In this document: one piece after another, positions 27,001 through 39,350 of the stretch
How positions within the stretch are numbered: the stretch's first letter is position 1
How the letters are laid out: each line of letters starts with the position of its first letter
Assembly (NCBI GenBank): GCA_964016885.1
Contig: OZ024740.1
Location: 353,586,001 to 353,650,000, forward strand
Origin: Eledone cirrhosa
Lineage: Eukaryota
Length of the DNA stretch: 64,000 nt
Reading direction: 5' to 3'
Notes under the pieces: generated by a model
Seen by the model: the letters and a program-made list of their open reading frames with translations, nothing else
Databases searched by the model: none
Told to the model about the DNA's origin: nothing
Position numbers and translations under genes: made by a program

Positions 27001-29840
27001 TGTGTGGTGTGTAGTATGTGTACAATATGTGGTGTGTAGTATATGTAGAGAGTGTGGTGTGTAGTATGTGTAGAGTGTGTGATGTGTAGTATGTGTACAA
27101 TGTGTGGTGTGTAGTATATGTAGAGTGTGTGGTGTGTAGTATGTGTAGAGTGTGTGGTGTTTAGTATATGTAGAGTGTGTGGTGTGTAGTATGTGTAGAG
27201 TGTGTGGTGTGTAGTATGTGTAGAGTGTGTGATGTGTAGTATGTGTAGAGTGTCTGGTGTAATATGTGTAGAGTGTGTGGTGTGTAGTATGTGTGGCGTG
27301 TAGTATGTGTAGAGTGTGTGATCTGTAGTATATGTAGAGTGTGTGGTGTGTAGTATGTGTAGAGTGTGTGGTGTGTAGTATGTGTAGAGTATGCGATGTG
27401 TAGTATATGTAGAGTGTGTGGTGTGTAGTATGTGTAGAGTGTGTGGTGTGTAGTATGAGTAGAGTGTGTGGTGTGTATATGTGTACAATGTGTGGTGTGT
27501 AGTATGTGTAGAGTGTGTGATGTGTAGTATATGTAGAGTGTGTGGTGTGTAGTATGTGTAGAGTGTGTGGTGTGTAGTATGTGTAGAGTGTGTGATGTGT
27601 AGTATGTGTAGAGTGTGTCGTGTGTAGTATGTGTAGAGTGTGTGGTGTGGAATACATGTAGAGTGTGTGGTGTGTAGTATGTGTAGAGTGTGTGGTGTGT
27701 AGTATGTGTAGAGTGTGTGGTGTGTAGTATGTGTAGAGTGTGTGGTGTGTAGTATGTGTACAATATGTGGTGTGTAGTATATGTAGAGTGTGTGGTGTGT
27801 AGTATGTGTAGAGTGTGTGATGTGTAGTATGTGTAGAGAGTGTAGTGTGTAGTATATGTAGAGTGTGTGGTGTGTAGTATGTTTAGAGTGTGTGTGGTGT
27901 GTAGCATGTGTAGGGTGTGTGGTGTGTAGTATATGTAGAGTGTATGGTGTGTATTATGTGTAGAGTGTGTGGTGTGTAGTATGTGTAGAGTGTGTGATGT
28001 GTAGTATGTGTAGAGTGTCTGGTGTGTAGTATGTGTAGAATGTGTGGTGTTTAGTATATGTAGAGTGTGTGGTGTGTAGTATGTTTAGAGTGTGTGGTGT
28101 GTAGTATGTGTAGGGTGTGTGGTGTGTAGTATATGTAGAGTGTATGGTGTGTATTATGTGTAGAGTGTGTGATGTGTAGTATATGTAGAGTGTGATGTGT
28201 AGTATATGTAGAGTGTGTGGTGTGTAGTATATGTAGAGTGTGTGTTGTGTAGTATGTGTAGAGTGTGTGGTGTGTAGTATGTGTACAATGTGTGGTGTGT
28301 AGTATATGTAGAGTGTGTGGTGTGTAGTATGTGTAGAGTGTGTGATGTGTAGTATGTGTAGAGAGTGTAGTGTGTAGTATATGTAGAGTGTGTGGTGTGT
28401 AGTATGTGTAGACTGTGTGGTGTGTAGTATGTGTAGAGTGTGCGATGTGTAGTATATGTAGAGTGTGTGGTGTGTAGTATGTGTAGAGTGTGTGGTGTGT
28501 AGTATGTGTAGAGTGTGTGGTGTGTAGTATGTTTAGAGTGTGTGATGTGTAGTATATGTAGAGTGTGTGGTGTTTAGTATATGCAGAGTGTGTGGTGTGT
28601 AGTATGTGTAGAATGTGTGGTGTTTAGTATATGTAGAGTGTGTGGTGTGTAGTATGTTTAGAGTGTGTGTAGTATGTGTAGGGTGTGTGGTGTGTAGTAT
28701 ATGTAGAGTGTATGGTGTGTATTATGTGTAGAGTGTGTGATGTGTAGTATATGTAGAGTGTGTGATGTGTAGTATATGTAGAGTGTGTGGTGTGTAGTAT
28801 ATGTAGAGTGTGTGGTGTGTAGTATGTGTAGAGTGTGTGATGTGTAGTATGTGTAGAGAGTGTGGTGTGTAGTATGTGTACAATGTGTGGTGTATAGTAT
28901 ATGTAGAGTGTGTGGTGTGTAGTATGTGTAGATTATGCGATGTGTAGTATATGTAGAGTGTGTGGTGTGTAGTATGTGTAGAGTGTGTGGTGTGTAGTAT
29001 GTGTAGAGTGTGTGGTGTGTAGTATGTGTACAATGTGTGGTGTGTAATATATGTAGAGTGTGTGGTGTGTAGTATGTGTAGAGTGTGTGATGTGTAGTAT
29101 GTGTAGAGAGTGTGGTGTGTAGTATGTGTAGAGTGTGTGGTGTGTAGTATGTGTACAATGTGTGGTGTGTACTATATGTAGAGTGTGTGGTGTGTAGTAT
29201 GTGTAGAGTGTGTGGTGTGTAGTCTGTGTAGGGTGTGTGGTGTGTAGTATGTGTACAATGTGTGGTGTGTATTATATGTAGAGAGTGTGGTGTGTAGTAT
29301 GTGTAGAGTGTGTGGTGTGTAGTATGTGTACAATGTGTGGTGTGTAGTATATGTAGAGTGTGTGGTGTGTAGTATGTGTAGAGTGTGTGGTGTTTAGTAT
29401 ATGTAGAGTGTGTGGTGTGTAGTATGTGTAGAGTGTGTGGTGTGTAGTATGTGTACAATGTGTGGTGTGTATTATATGTAGAGTGTGTGGTGGTAGTATG
29501 TGTACAATGTGTGGTGTGTAGTATGTGTAGAGTGTGTGGTGTGTAGTATATGTAGAGTGTGTGGTGTGTAGTATGTGTAGAGTGTGTGGTGTGTAGTATG
29601 TGTACAATGTGTGGTGTGTAGTATATGTAGAGTGTGTGGTGTGTAGTATGTGTAGAGTGTGTGATGTTTAGTATATGTTGTGTGTGTGGTGTGTAGTATG
29701 TTTAGAGTGTGTGGTGTGTAGTATGTGTAGAGTGTGTGATGTGTAGTATGTGTAGAGTGTGTGGTGTGTAGTATGTGTAGAGTGTGTAATGTGTAGTATG
29801 TGTAGAGTGTGTGGTGTGTAGTATGTGTAGAGTGTGTGAT
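12015..29840 (+). repeat. ~17.8-kb satellite array, 25-bp unit GTAGTATGTGTAGAGTGTGTGGTGT, with higher-order structure
   Basis: The unit is read directly and gives a 25-aa periodicity in minus-strand translations. Matching ORF-track blocks are offset by exactly 3922 bp (22322 vs 26244) and 1928 bp (14511 vs 16439). Confidence 0.97.
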
Positions 29841-29919
29841 GTGCGTGGTGTGTATGTGTTTGTATGCTTGATGTGTATGTATTGTGTGTGGTGTATATGT
29901 TATGTATGTTGTGTGTATA

Positions 29920-30064
29920 TGTTGGGTGTGGTGTGTAACTGTATGTTGGGTGTGGTGTGTAACTGTATGTTGTGTGTGGTGTGTAACTGTATGTTGGGTG
30001 TGGTGTGTAACTGTATGTTGTGTGTGGTGTGTAACTGTATGTCGTGTGTGGTGTGTAACTGTAT
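29920..30064 (+). repeat. 24-bp minisatellite GTTG(G/T)GTGTGGTGTGTAACTGTAT, ~6 copies, in the degenerate GT-rich flank
   Basis: Direct tandem copies; the translation shows a repeated (MLGVVCNC). Confidence 0.9.
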
Positions 30065-30910
30065 GTATATGTGTATATGCATGAGAATGTGCGCGTTCGT
30101 GTATATGATGTGTGCGTGTTTTATATGTGCGTGTATGTGTTGTGAGTGTGCTATGTATGTTTGTGCGTGTTTATGCCCATGTGTGTGTATGCCTGTGTGT
30201 GCATGCATGCGTGTGTATGCATGCGTGTGCGTACGTGTGTGCATGTGTGTGTAGTTGGTGCTGAAGTAGGTTGTGTTCTATGTCAAACCTTATACTCCGG
30301 CTTCTACCCTGATTTCCCGTCTTTTGGTCATTCCTCAAGGTAAATGGCATGAGGGTTCTAAAAGTTATTAACTACAGAATCTGTGGACTAGATTCCTTCA
30401 CGAGCGTTGTCTGTTGTTGTTCTGATGCGACAGCAAGGCAAACATTACTAACCTATACAAATTTAGAGGAAACAAGTAATTTTATCGAACTCTTGGACAG
30501 AAAAGACAAAACTGTCTCCGGCGAGGTTTGAATTCAGAAAAGAAAGAGTCATAGCTAAAGCTGTGTCTGTGTGTATACGAGGTCTGTCGAAAGAGAATCC
30601 GGCTTTATTTCTTTTTATTCTCCCGTGGGAAATAATAAAGTTAGCGAGACAAAAGCGTGCAGTGGAGTAGCACATATTTATGCGCATGTGTGGTTTTTGG
30701 CGTGGAACTGTCAGGCAGCCAGCATATCGGCTGCAGACCTGCCAACTCTCCTCGTCTGACGGCGAGATCTCCCACTCACTTTGGGATGGGTGAGAGATGT
30801 CTCATCGGCGTGACAGACCTGTCAACTCTCCCAGTCTGACAGGGAGTTCTTCCACCCACTTTGAGGTGGGTGAAAAATGTCTTCTCTTGTGAAAATGGGT
30901 ATAGCTTTCG

Positions 30911-31101
30911 AGGGCGGTGGATTGGCAGTATCGGTGGAGGGTCGGACGCGATGCTTTCCAGCATAGTTACGTCCCTTTACGATCTGAGTTCAAATCCCGC
31001 CGAGGTTGACTTTGCCTTTCATCCTTACGGGGTCGATAAAATAAAGTACCAGTAATGCACTGGGGTAATTGCTGGCCTTGTGCCTAAAGTAGAAACAATT
31101 A
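30911..31101 (+). mobile_element. tRNA-derived SINE (cephalopod OR/Meta-MESC-like central domain), full length
   Basis: A-box-like TGGCAGTATCGG, B-box GAGTTCAAATCC, core GCCTTTCATCCTTACGGGGTCGATAAAATAAAGTACCAG. Several further copies lie in the window. Confidence 0.85.
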
Positions 31102-31244
31102 TGTAAAATATCCCCATTTTGCCTCATTTCTCCCCGTTTTGGGGTACTTTTTTTCATGGTACTCCCCGTTTGGGATTTTAGAAGTTGGTAGGTTTTGCTC
31201 TAAGAACCTCCCTGATGCAACATATGGTATTTCCGATCAGATTA

Positions 31245-32235
31245 TGACATTTAGGTTGCCGCTCCACTTAACCGCTTTATAACTTTGGTCTGTGTATACG
31301 CATCAACTCTTGTAAGTCCGCGAGAAGAAAGATAAACTTTACGCCTATCTGCGAATTGTCTTGTGAAAAATGTAAATAGGGTGACAAACTTCTCGTGCTG
31401 AGCGATTTGAATGATCGTACTGGATGTGTCTGTACTAGATGGAGCAGCACAGGTCGTCATGGACTGGGAAAGTGTAATAGCAAAGGAATTATTTTGCAGG
31501 GGTGCCAAGAATTCGACCTGGATGTACCCATGTTCACAGTATTGGCATATTATTGACTATGTAATTGTAAGACGTAACAATGTGCAGGGTATCAAATCTG
31601 CCCGTTGTATGAGAGGGGCAGAGTGTTGAACAGATCATCGTCTCCTAAGAGTAACTCTTCGTGTTTGTATTCGGAAGATGAAACATTGTTGGGTCAGGGT
31701 ACACAGACGTATAAATGTCTCAAAATTGGCCTGTTCAGAAAAATGAAAGCATTTTCAAGAAGCAGTTCAGCAAATTGAGTTCACCAACAGTGATGATGCA
31801 TGTCTGTCTTTCAGCAAACAACTTTATGAGTTAGTGGCCACGACTTTGGGTTATGCAGAGAAAAAACAGGACTGGTTTATTGCCAATGAACTATTAGTGG
31901 AAAGCCTTCTAAGGGGAAAAACATGTCTAGACAAAATTTTGTCATGCTCGAAAGAAGGTGCAAAAAATCTTAGCTTTCAAAGAAAGTAAGGCGCGGGTGC
32001 AGGGCAAATTTTGAGTAGCCAAAGATTCATGGTGGTGCGATAAAGCACATCACATACAAGCCTCAGCAGAAAGAAGAAATTCTAAATCATTATATAGCGA
32101 ACTGTGCACAATATATATCCCATGCACCACAGTCTTTCCCCCACTGCGGTCAAAGAATGGAAACGAAGTGTTTGTAAGCCTGATAAAATTAAGGCAAGAT
32201 GGCGCGAACACTTTAACGACCTTCTAATTTGTATC
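31245..32235 (+). mobile_element. Degenerate RTE-clade LINE fragment (APE endonuclease and linker)
   Basis: Translates to TLVCVYASTL and STWMYPCSQYWHIIDYVIVRR...MRGAEC*TDHRLL, typical of RTE/BovB-type APE. Many stops. Confidence 0.8.
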
Positions 32236-33319
32236 TACTATTAATAGCAGGCTTTAATCTGTTAATGAAAGTTGCCTCTTTGATTCTTTAACTGCCAATG
32301 TTTCGTGCAATGGATTTGATCGTGACTTCGTTATATTGGTTACGGCCTCTCACAAGACGTGCTTGTGTGGATGGGTTCTTTAATTCGGATGTGTTGTTGG
32401 TGGCTTGTGTCAAAGTCATCAAAGAGAGAAAATAAAATAAAAAAACATACACTAATCTAGCGTTACATCATTTAAGAGCTTCCTGGATGGCTTTGGTTAT
32501 ATATTCGTTGGTAAATTTATTTTGTCGTATAATTTCATTAAATCCGATTTTACTTGGTGCAGATAAAAGACATTTGGACTACTATTTGTATATCATTTTA
32601 TATTTAAAAAAAATGTTAAATTACATTGCATAAATCATTTTAGAAAATGGGGCACTTTTTTCCATGGTACTCCCGTTTGGGGTTTTAGAGGCTGGCAGGT
32701 CTGGTTCACGGTACTATAATATTTGAAAACATTTCCAGAGCAGCTTATTGTACTTTTGTGTCAACAATATCTAATGTTGTTACTGCGATTTAATAAGTTT
32801 TTCTTAAGTATTTTTATTGTCGAAACGTAATGGAGCATTCAGTCAGTGTCTCCACTTGACATTATTTTGTTTTTATCGAGGGCTCTGCCTTAAAATTTAG
32901 GACATTCAGTATGTAGTTCTCACTTAACGACTGGCGACCATTTTCTGTAGATTTCATTGCTACGTTGAGGAAGTAAATAAACTAAATAGACGATCCATTC
33001 GTATAAACGTTTGGGATATAATAAGCAACACTATCTAAAGTAGTTCATATATATTTTACTTTATTTCACAATTTTACTGTTATTATTTTAGAAAAATGAA
33101 CAAATTTTAAACTAAAAACTATCAAACACTAAAGCCCTTTTAACGTTAACCAATGCTAAAGATTAATCTTTTACTTAAGTAACAATCCATCATTGAATTC
33201 AAGAACAAGACACCTTAATTGCTCATTTCATTCCTAATTTCTGAAGGAATAGCCCGCACTCAATTCAATTTAAAAGCACTTTATTTATTTATCTATTTAT
33301 TCATTCTGTTCCCTCTGTA

Positions 33320-33350
<31 letters not shown>

Positions 33351-33481
33351 TGTACTTTATTTCACTTCTTTTCTTTTCCCTTTCTTTTTCTTTCTATCCG
33401 TTTTCTCGTTTTGTGTAATTGTATGCCTGTATGACTTTTCTTCTATGGATATATCACAAGTCTATATTTTTGTAGATTCTA

Positions 33482-33541
<60 letters not shown>

Positions 33542-33607
33542 TATTGTATGTAAACTTCCCCCTTTGTATTTGTCCCCTTCTTTTGTGCCCCTGTGGCTAA
33601 TAAAGAA

Positions 33608-33676
<69 letters not shown>

Positions 33677-33940
33677 ACGTTGAGGAAGACAAACAGAGGG
33701 AAGATGGTAACACCTTCAAAACGTGCTCTTGGTGGTGAGGGTTGTTCTATCTATGGGGTGTAAAACAACCACGCAGTAACGTTCCCCCTATTGGGGATTT
33801 CGATTGTTATTTTATTTTATATATAGTTTATTGTTATTCATTAATGTTATATGATTTTTATTTAAGACCCCCGCCGTCACGTCTTGTATTGTCCCAATTT
33901 TTGTACGCCCTTGTGCAAATAAAGAAAGCTATCTATCTAC
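33482..33940 (+). mobile_element. (TATC)n microsatellite containing two 5'-truncated Tx1 3'-UTR fragments (33541-33609 and ~33675-33929)
   Basis: Both fragments align by eye with the reverse complement of 2708-2950 (CCCCCTTTGTATTTGTCCC, CCCTATTG.GGA..TCGATTGTTA, GTGGC.AATAAA). Each ends in TATCTATC. Confidence 0.8.
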
Positions 33941-34024
33941 CTAGCTCTGCAAAGTAGTAAATTTTATTTTTTTAAAATTTGTATTAATTGTTATATTTTT
34001 TTAAAAAGTCATAAGACTTCCATC

Positions 34025-34225
34025 TTTGCCCTGTGAGAGGCTCTACACATCGATGGCCGGGATGGGCAGGCAATTTTCCTCTATCTGGTGGTGGTGGTAG
34101 CGAAAGAGGTTGTGTGGTGGACCAGGTTGAAAGGACTGAAGACAGACACCTTTCTTTTCGGCCAATCCCTCATCAACATTTTCAAATTTCACTTGGAAAG
34201 GAAGGTGAGGGTGGAGAGAGAATGT
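34025..34225 (+). mobile_element. Tx1 ORF2 C-terminal relic
   Basis: VVAKEVVWWTRLKGLKTDTFLFGQ matches MAKEVVWWTRLKGLRSDTFLSGQ in ORF 2949..4007. Confidence 0.85.
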
Positions 34226-34242
34226 AATTTGAGAATGCAATT

Positions 34243-34440
34243 GAGGGTCGGACGCCATGCTTTCCAGCATAGAGTTACGCCTCTTTACGGTCTGAGTTCA
34301 AATCCCGCCGAGGTTAACTTTGCCTTTCATCCTTACGGGGTCGATAAAATAAAGTACCAGTCACAGTCATGCACTGGAGTCGATTTAATCGACTTTCCCC
34401 TCCCCCAAAATTGCTGGCCTTGTGCCTATATAGGAAACCA
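34243..34440 (+). mobile_element. SINE copy (same family as 30911-31101)
   Basis: GAGTTCAAATCCCGCCGAGGTTAACTTTGCCTTTCATCCTTACGGGGTCGATAAAATAAAGTACCAG. Confidence 0.85.
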
Positions 34441-34517
34441 CTATTATACGATAGGGTAGTGAATTGGCAAAGCTAACTCGGCTAGATTGACGACGAACTA
34501 ACATGCTTTGTGGAATC

Positions 34518-34717
34518 NNNNNNNNNNNNNNNNNNNNNNNNNNNNNNNNNNNNNNNNNNNNNNNNNNNNNNNNNNNNNNNNNNNNNNNNNNNNNNNNNNN
34601 NNNNNNNNNNNNNNNNNNNNNNNNNNNNNNNNNNNNNNNNNNNNNNNNNNNNNNNNNNNNNNNNNNNNNNNNNNNNNNNNNNNNNNNNNNNNNNNNNNNN
34701 NNNNNNNNNNNNNNNNN
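34518..34717. other. Assembly gap (200 N)
   Basis: Run of N; the round length suggests an arbitrary scaffold join. Confidence 0.99.
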
Positions 34718-34789
34718 CTACCGATACTGCCAATCCAGAACATTATATAATGTTGTGTAGTTAAATAAGTTATCTTCTTAGGGAGGTGG

Positions 34790-36530
34790 TTAGTTTGCCT
34801 ATATCTGTAGCCTTTATCAAACATGTCTCTTTTATCAAACATTCCTGGAGACGGACGGTAAAGTTGGTGGTTCTGGATGTGAGAAATAGCAAAGGTGGTG
34901 CTTTTAGACTGGTGGCCATATACGCCTTGTCTGCGGCAGGATAACCGGATTTTCCCAGGTGACTGGAAGCCTTTTTTGGGAACGTCTCGCTCTTTTCTGG
35001 TAACGTGGGACCGGACCGGCACCTTAGATGCAGGCTGGGAGTGTTTGAATAGCTGATAGAAGTGTGTATGGGGGTTGCAAAAGGCCAAACTATCTGACCA
35101 AAACTATCGATTTACCAAGTGCACCAGTGTGGACCTGGACCAATCGCGTAGAGTCATCTAGATCGTAGAGGATCGATTTAAACAGAGCTCGTAGATAGGG
35201 AGCTGGTTATTGGAAGCTTAACGCGTCGTTGCCGGCGCGTAAAGTCTACAGTGACCGGATTAGCACATTAGTTAAACATCGGTTGACAGGAGCAATTTTC
35301 AATTACAGATGGTGTGGTGTTCTCAATAGCGCGATTAGGAGTGGCATTGCAACCGACGTGCTAGCTGCGAAAATGGCATTTCTTCAAGGCGAAACACGAA
35401 GGTTGCATTGTCAGAGCTGAGGCGAGTGCTATAAGAAAAGAGAGAACAAAAGCTATTCAATGGGCTCGAGTGGTAGAGTCGCAACGTGGCAACAAACCCA
35501 CAATTCCTTTTTGATGAACCGTGATGGACGCGTGATGCTCGATTCCAAGCAGATGTGTGCAGCTATTCAGCATCATTTTCCGCGACTGTTCGAGGCGAGC
35601 GGGGAATCGGAGACTGTAGCGGACTACAATTCCCACCTCGACGGCATGCTGCGATTTTCGGCGGCTGATGCAAAGTGCTGCGAAAAACCTATAACAGCAG
35701 CCGAGATAGAGGAGCTCTAGTCGGCTGTACGATGTGCAAATCACCCGGTTTGGATGGTCTGCCCTACGAGCTTTATGTAGACATGTCAGACATGTTCTCA
35801 AATCTCCTCGAAGCCGTCTACTAGCAGCAGAACGGGAGATTTCCTTCTTCTGTAAGCCAGCGCGTAGTATTACTGATGAGGAAAGGCGAGACTAAGGGAG
35901 ACATAATGAATAATTTCAGCCACATATCTCTGCTTAACACAAAGTTTGATATTTTAGCCAAGGTGCTAGCAACGAGGTTAGCACTAGTCGTCAAAAGTCA
36001 GGTGGGGAAGACGCAAACTCGTGCAATCTCGACCAGGTTCATATACTGCAACCCCGACTTCATGTCATACATCAAAGAAAGTGTAGGGTATTAACCTGGG
36101 TTCGGTGGGGTTCTGATCAAATTAGATCAATTGAAAGCTTTCGATAGCGTCGACCATCGATACCCAGAGGCTCTCCTCAAGATAGCTAGCTTCGGTCCCG
36201 TCTTCAGAGGCTGGATCGCTGCAATGTACAGCGGCACCTGCTCGATGGTCTAAATCGGCCTGTCACGCTCTCGGTTTGTCAAGGATGCTCTCTCGACTCC
36301 TTCTGGAGCTGTTGAAGGGTATACCGCTCGAACCGGGACGTGGGAGGGATGCGTCAGCATAATTCGACAACGGCACAGTGATGGTATCGAACACCTCGTA
36401 AATAGAGGTGGTCGGCAACTTCTTAGAGGAATATGAAAGATTGAGGGGAGCAAAGAGGGGAGCAAAGTGGATGGGTTTGCAGCTCAGCACCTGGAGAGGC
36501 AAATCCATGCCGTTCAACAGCATGAAAGTG
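34790..36530 (+). mobile_element. Degenerate, internally deleted Tx1 copy (APE to RT)
   Basis: Colinear similarity to ORF2 of 2708-7496, e.g. NNFSHISLLNTKFDILAKVLATRLALVV, DQLKAFDSVDH, GLQLSTWRGK. Confidence 0.85.
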
Positions 36531-38060
36531 GCCATCCTGCTCATTACCTCGTCTAGGTTCTTATCCACCAGGGACTGTGTGGAGTTTGTACACGGAGGAG
36601 GAGGATTTAAAATCTCACCAACCTGCACAGACATTTCCAATTGTTTGGCAGACACCGACTAGGTTTCCCGAATATACCAATGAAGACATGGACAAAGCTC
36701 ATCGGGTCATAAAGATCGTATCTAGATGGGAGTATTTTGTAGGGAAATAGATAAGGGACAGGGATCCGGTTATTGGAGGCTGAACGCGTCCTTTCCAGCG
36801 CACAAAGTCAACAACGACGTGATTAGTGAATTAGTTAAGCGGCGTTGACGAGAGCAATCGTCAACAACAAATGGTGGTTTACTTTGAAAAGGGCGATTCG
36901 GGTAGAATCAATAAGATTTAGTAAAGGAGTAGCGATAGAGAAAACTAGAATTGAGTGTGAGCTAGTTAGAAAGTTAGAAGAGGCCTTTTGAAAGGCAACG
37001 CAACTGACGTGCTTGCGGCGGAATTGGTTCTCGGTTAATTCTTCAAGCAAAGCACGAAGGCTATGGTGCCTTTTCTTAGAACGTGGAGACGAAAGTCGTT
37101 CGATGGGCCCTAATCTCGGCAAACGACAGGCGCATGTTACTGTATCACAAGAGGATATGTGCGATCTTTCAGCTGCAGTTCGCTCAACTGTTACGGAGAA
37201 ATGGTGGAGTGTTACGAAAAGCTGATAACAGCCACTGAAATACGGGAGGTGATGACTAGCTGCACTAGGGGAAAATTGCCTGGTTTGGATGGTCTGCCCT
37301 ACGAGTTTTACATTTATATGCCACATTTATTCAGCGACCTTTTGGCTGACATCTTCAGTAATTAACAGTAGAACGTGAGAATTCCCAGTTCTGAGTTGAG
37401 GAGCGGTGGTATTACCGAGAAAGGAACCGAATATGGGCGACTATATCGACAATTTTAAGCTCTTAACTCTGCTAAATGCAGAGTTTAGCATTTTGGACAA
37501 GGTGTTAGTGGCGAGATTGGCACTTGTTGCTGGTGGTCTGGTAGGTGAGCCGCAAAAATGCACCATCCAAAATAGATCCATCCACGACAACCTCCACCTC
37601 ATGCGATACAGCGTAGAGAGGGTGGCTAAGGAGCCTGGCACGGAGGTGGGTGATCAACTTAGATCACACTGGTCAGGCAGTCAGGCGGTCCATTTTCTGT
37701 CAATATCCTCTGTGTGGAGGACTGGGCATGATGTGCAAACATGAACTGAGGCTACATCTCCAATTCTTCCATGATTCGAGTGAATGGGCCTGCTCTGAAT
37801 ATGCGCCTGTAGATTAGAGGAGGAAAACTGGAAAGGGGAACTTGCCCTAGTGGTCAAGGTGACCGTGGATTTTGTGGGCTTTCTCCATATGTAACCCTCG
37901 GAGCTCCCCACTATTCATTTTATTTGAATTTTTACACGTTTTCTTGTTTTATCAAAAACATTTTTACACATCAAAACCTACACTGTACCGTCCTGTGCCA
38001 TCTTTACTGTTTTCTTAATGTGAGCCCTGCGTGGCTAATAAAGACATTATTATTATTATT
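36531..38060 (+). mobile_element. Second degenerate Tx1 copy, followed by a Tx1-like 3' end with an (ATT)n tail
   Basis: GKLPGLDGLPYEFY, DNFKLLTLLNAEF and SIHDNLHLMRY. Ends GCCCTGCGTGGCTAATAAAGAC(ATT)n. Confidence 0.8.
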
Positions 38061-38204
38061 AACTGCTCATCATTTGAGACGTTTTTAAATCGCTCTTATA
38101 TCTACCGGATTTTATCAAGAATAATTGCATGGCAAAATAATTTTGTTGAATTTATTTTCACATAGAAAGTCTTCGAAGAATTTGGAAGTCTGTCCTAAAC
38201 TGCT

Positions 38205-38342
38205 ACCAGAGAGAAGCAATGCATTCTCTATGAGAATTCCAGTCCACAGAGAAGCAATGCATTCTCTATGAGAATTCCACAGTCCACATTCTCAATGAGA
38301 ATTCCACAGTCCACATTCTCAATGAGAATTCCAGTCCACAAG
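38205..38342 (+). repeat. Short tandem repeat built on the near-palindrome ATTCTC(T/A)ATGAGAAT
   Basis: Four copies of CATTCTCWATGAGAATTCCA with variable linkers. Confidence 0.8.
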
Positions 38343-39227
38343 ACACTCGTAAAACAAAGGAAAAAATGATCAAGAACATTGTACTGCAAGATATATGTTT
38401 TAAAAGGAAGACTTAATGACATTTCTATTAACAATAGAACTAGTATAAACAATTTGAGCGACGTTTTTGGTAACGAGATCAACCAACAACAACACTGACA
38501 TGTACGCATTTCGTTAAATGTAAATATTAAAAACATTTTAATTTAATAGAAATGGAAATACTTTCGCAAACAGGCAGGTTTTAAAAATGGAACAATTTCA
38601 GTCAGAGATGAGGGCATGGCAGCGATGTGTTACAAAGATGTGTCTTGTGGACTGTAGAATTTCGTCTAAAATGACAAACTTCTACCTCATAAAAAGCAGA
38701 GTTTTCAGTGTACCCTCAAAAAAGCACTGTACTCTCAAAGAAACCCTAATCAATATGTGGGGTAATGTGCTAAACATCGATCTGCCCAAAACATATGGAA
38801 GTGTCAGTCAGGTCTTCAAGATAGAGAGTGATGTGAGGTAACACACACCTGTTCAGAAACCCATACAGCAACATATGTGCCACCGCAATACAAGTGTGAC
38901 CCTCAAAAGAATTATATGTGTAGCACAAGTACTGAGTGCAAGGGTCACGTAAAATTACATGTGGTCGAAAAGGGTTAGTGGGAACTTACAATAAAACTGG
39001 TGGGCTAAGGCAGAAACCCCAGCAATTGCACAAGCAGCAGTCTGAGCAACTTGAAGGATTTCTCTCACCGAGAAACTAGAGCACATAGATAGATAATAGA
39101 GATAATTTTAAGTGTGAATATCCGGTTAACTTAAGAAACGTTGGGAAAAATTTATAATGAAATGTAGTCGCCCCAAGGAAAACCAATCGGATTAAGTACT
39201 CCCGAATACAACCCCCGCTCCCAAACC

Positions 39228-39350
39228 CGGAGCGTAATGATTAACGCACCCACCTGGTAACTGAGAGATATGGAGTTCGATTTCTGGCAAGCACCTCTGT
39301 CCACTTTTTGTCGTATCCAGGGGGGCATTTTACCCGATATTCTGAACTTT
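39228..39350 (+). mobile_element. Possible second tRNA-derived SINE relic
   Basis: A-box-like AGCGTAATGATT and B-box-like GAGTTCGATTTC at tRNA-like spacing; only one copy in the window. Confidence 0.35.

Larger units (their letters stand above)
30734..32703. mobile_element. Remnants of a hAT-like MITE family: two left ends and two right ends, TIR CAGACCTGCCA(A/G)C
   Basis: Left ends at 30734 and 30814 share ~70 bp. Right ends at ~31140-31197 and ~32649-32703 share ~55 bp, and the latter ends GCTGGCAGGTCTG. No TSD found. Confidence 0.5.

Noticed and set aside
14511-29607. Long His/Thr/Tyr/Leu-rich ORFs (up to 432 aa) on the minus strand
   Set aside because: By-product of the 25-bp unit, which has no stop in the minus frames. 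The ORFs overlap in all three frames and have no splice or other gene context.
12015-29840. CRISPR-like array or telomeric repeat
   Set aside because: Units are directly adjacent with no unique spacers and no cas genes. There are no TTAGGG/TTAGG runs and the array is interstitial.
30911-31000. tRNA gene
   Set aside because: The A/B boxes belong to a multi-copy SINE; there is no complete cloverleaf.
34482-35088. ORFs spanning X runs
   Set aside because: Artefacts of the N gap.
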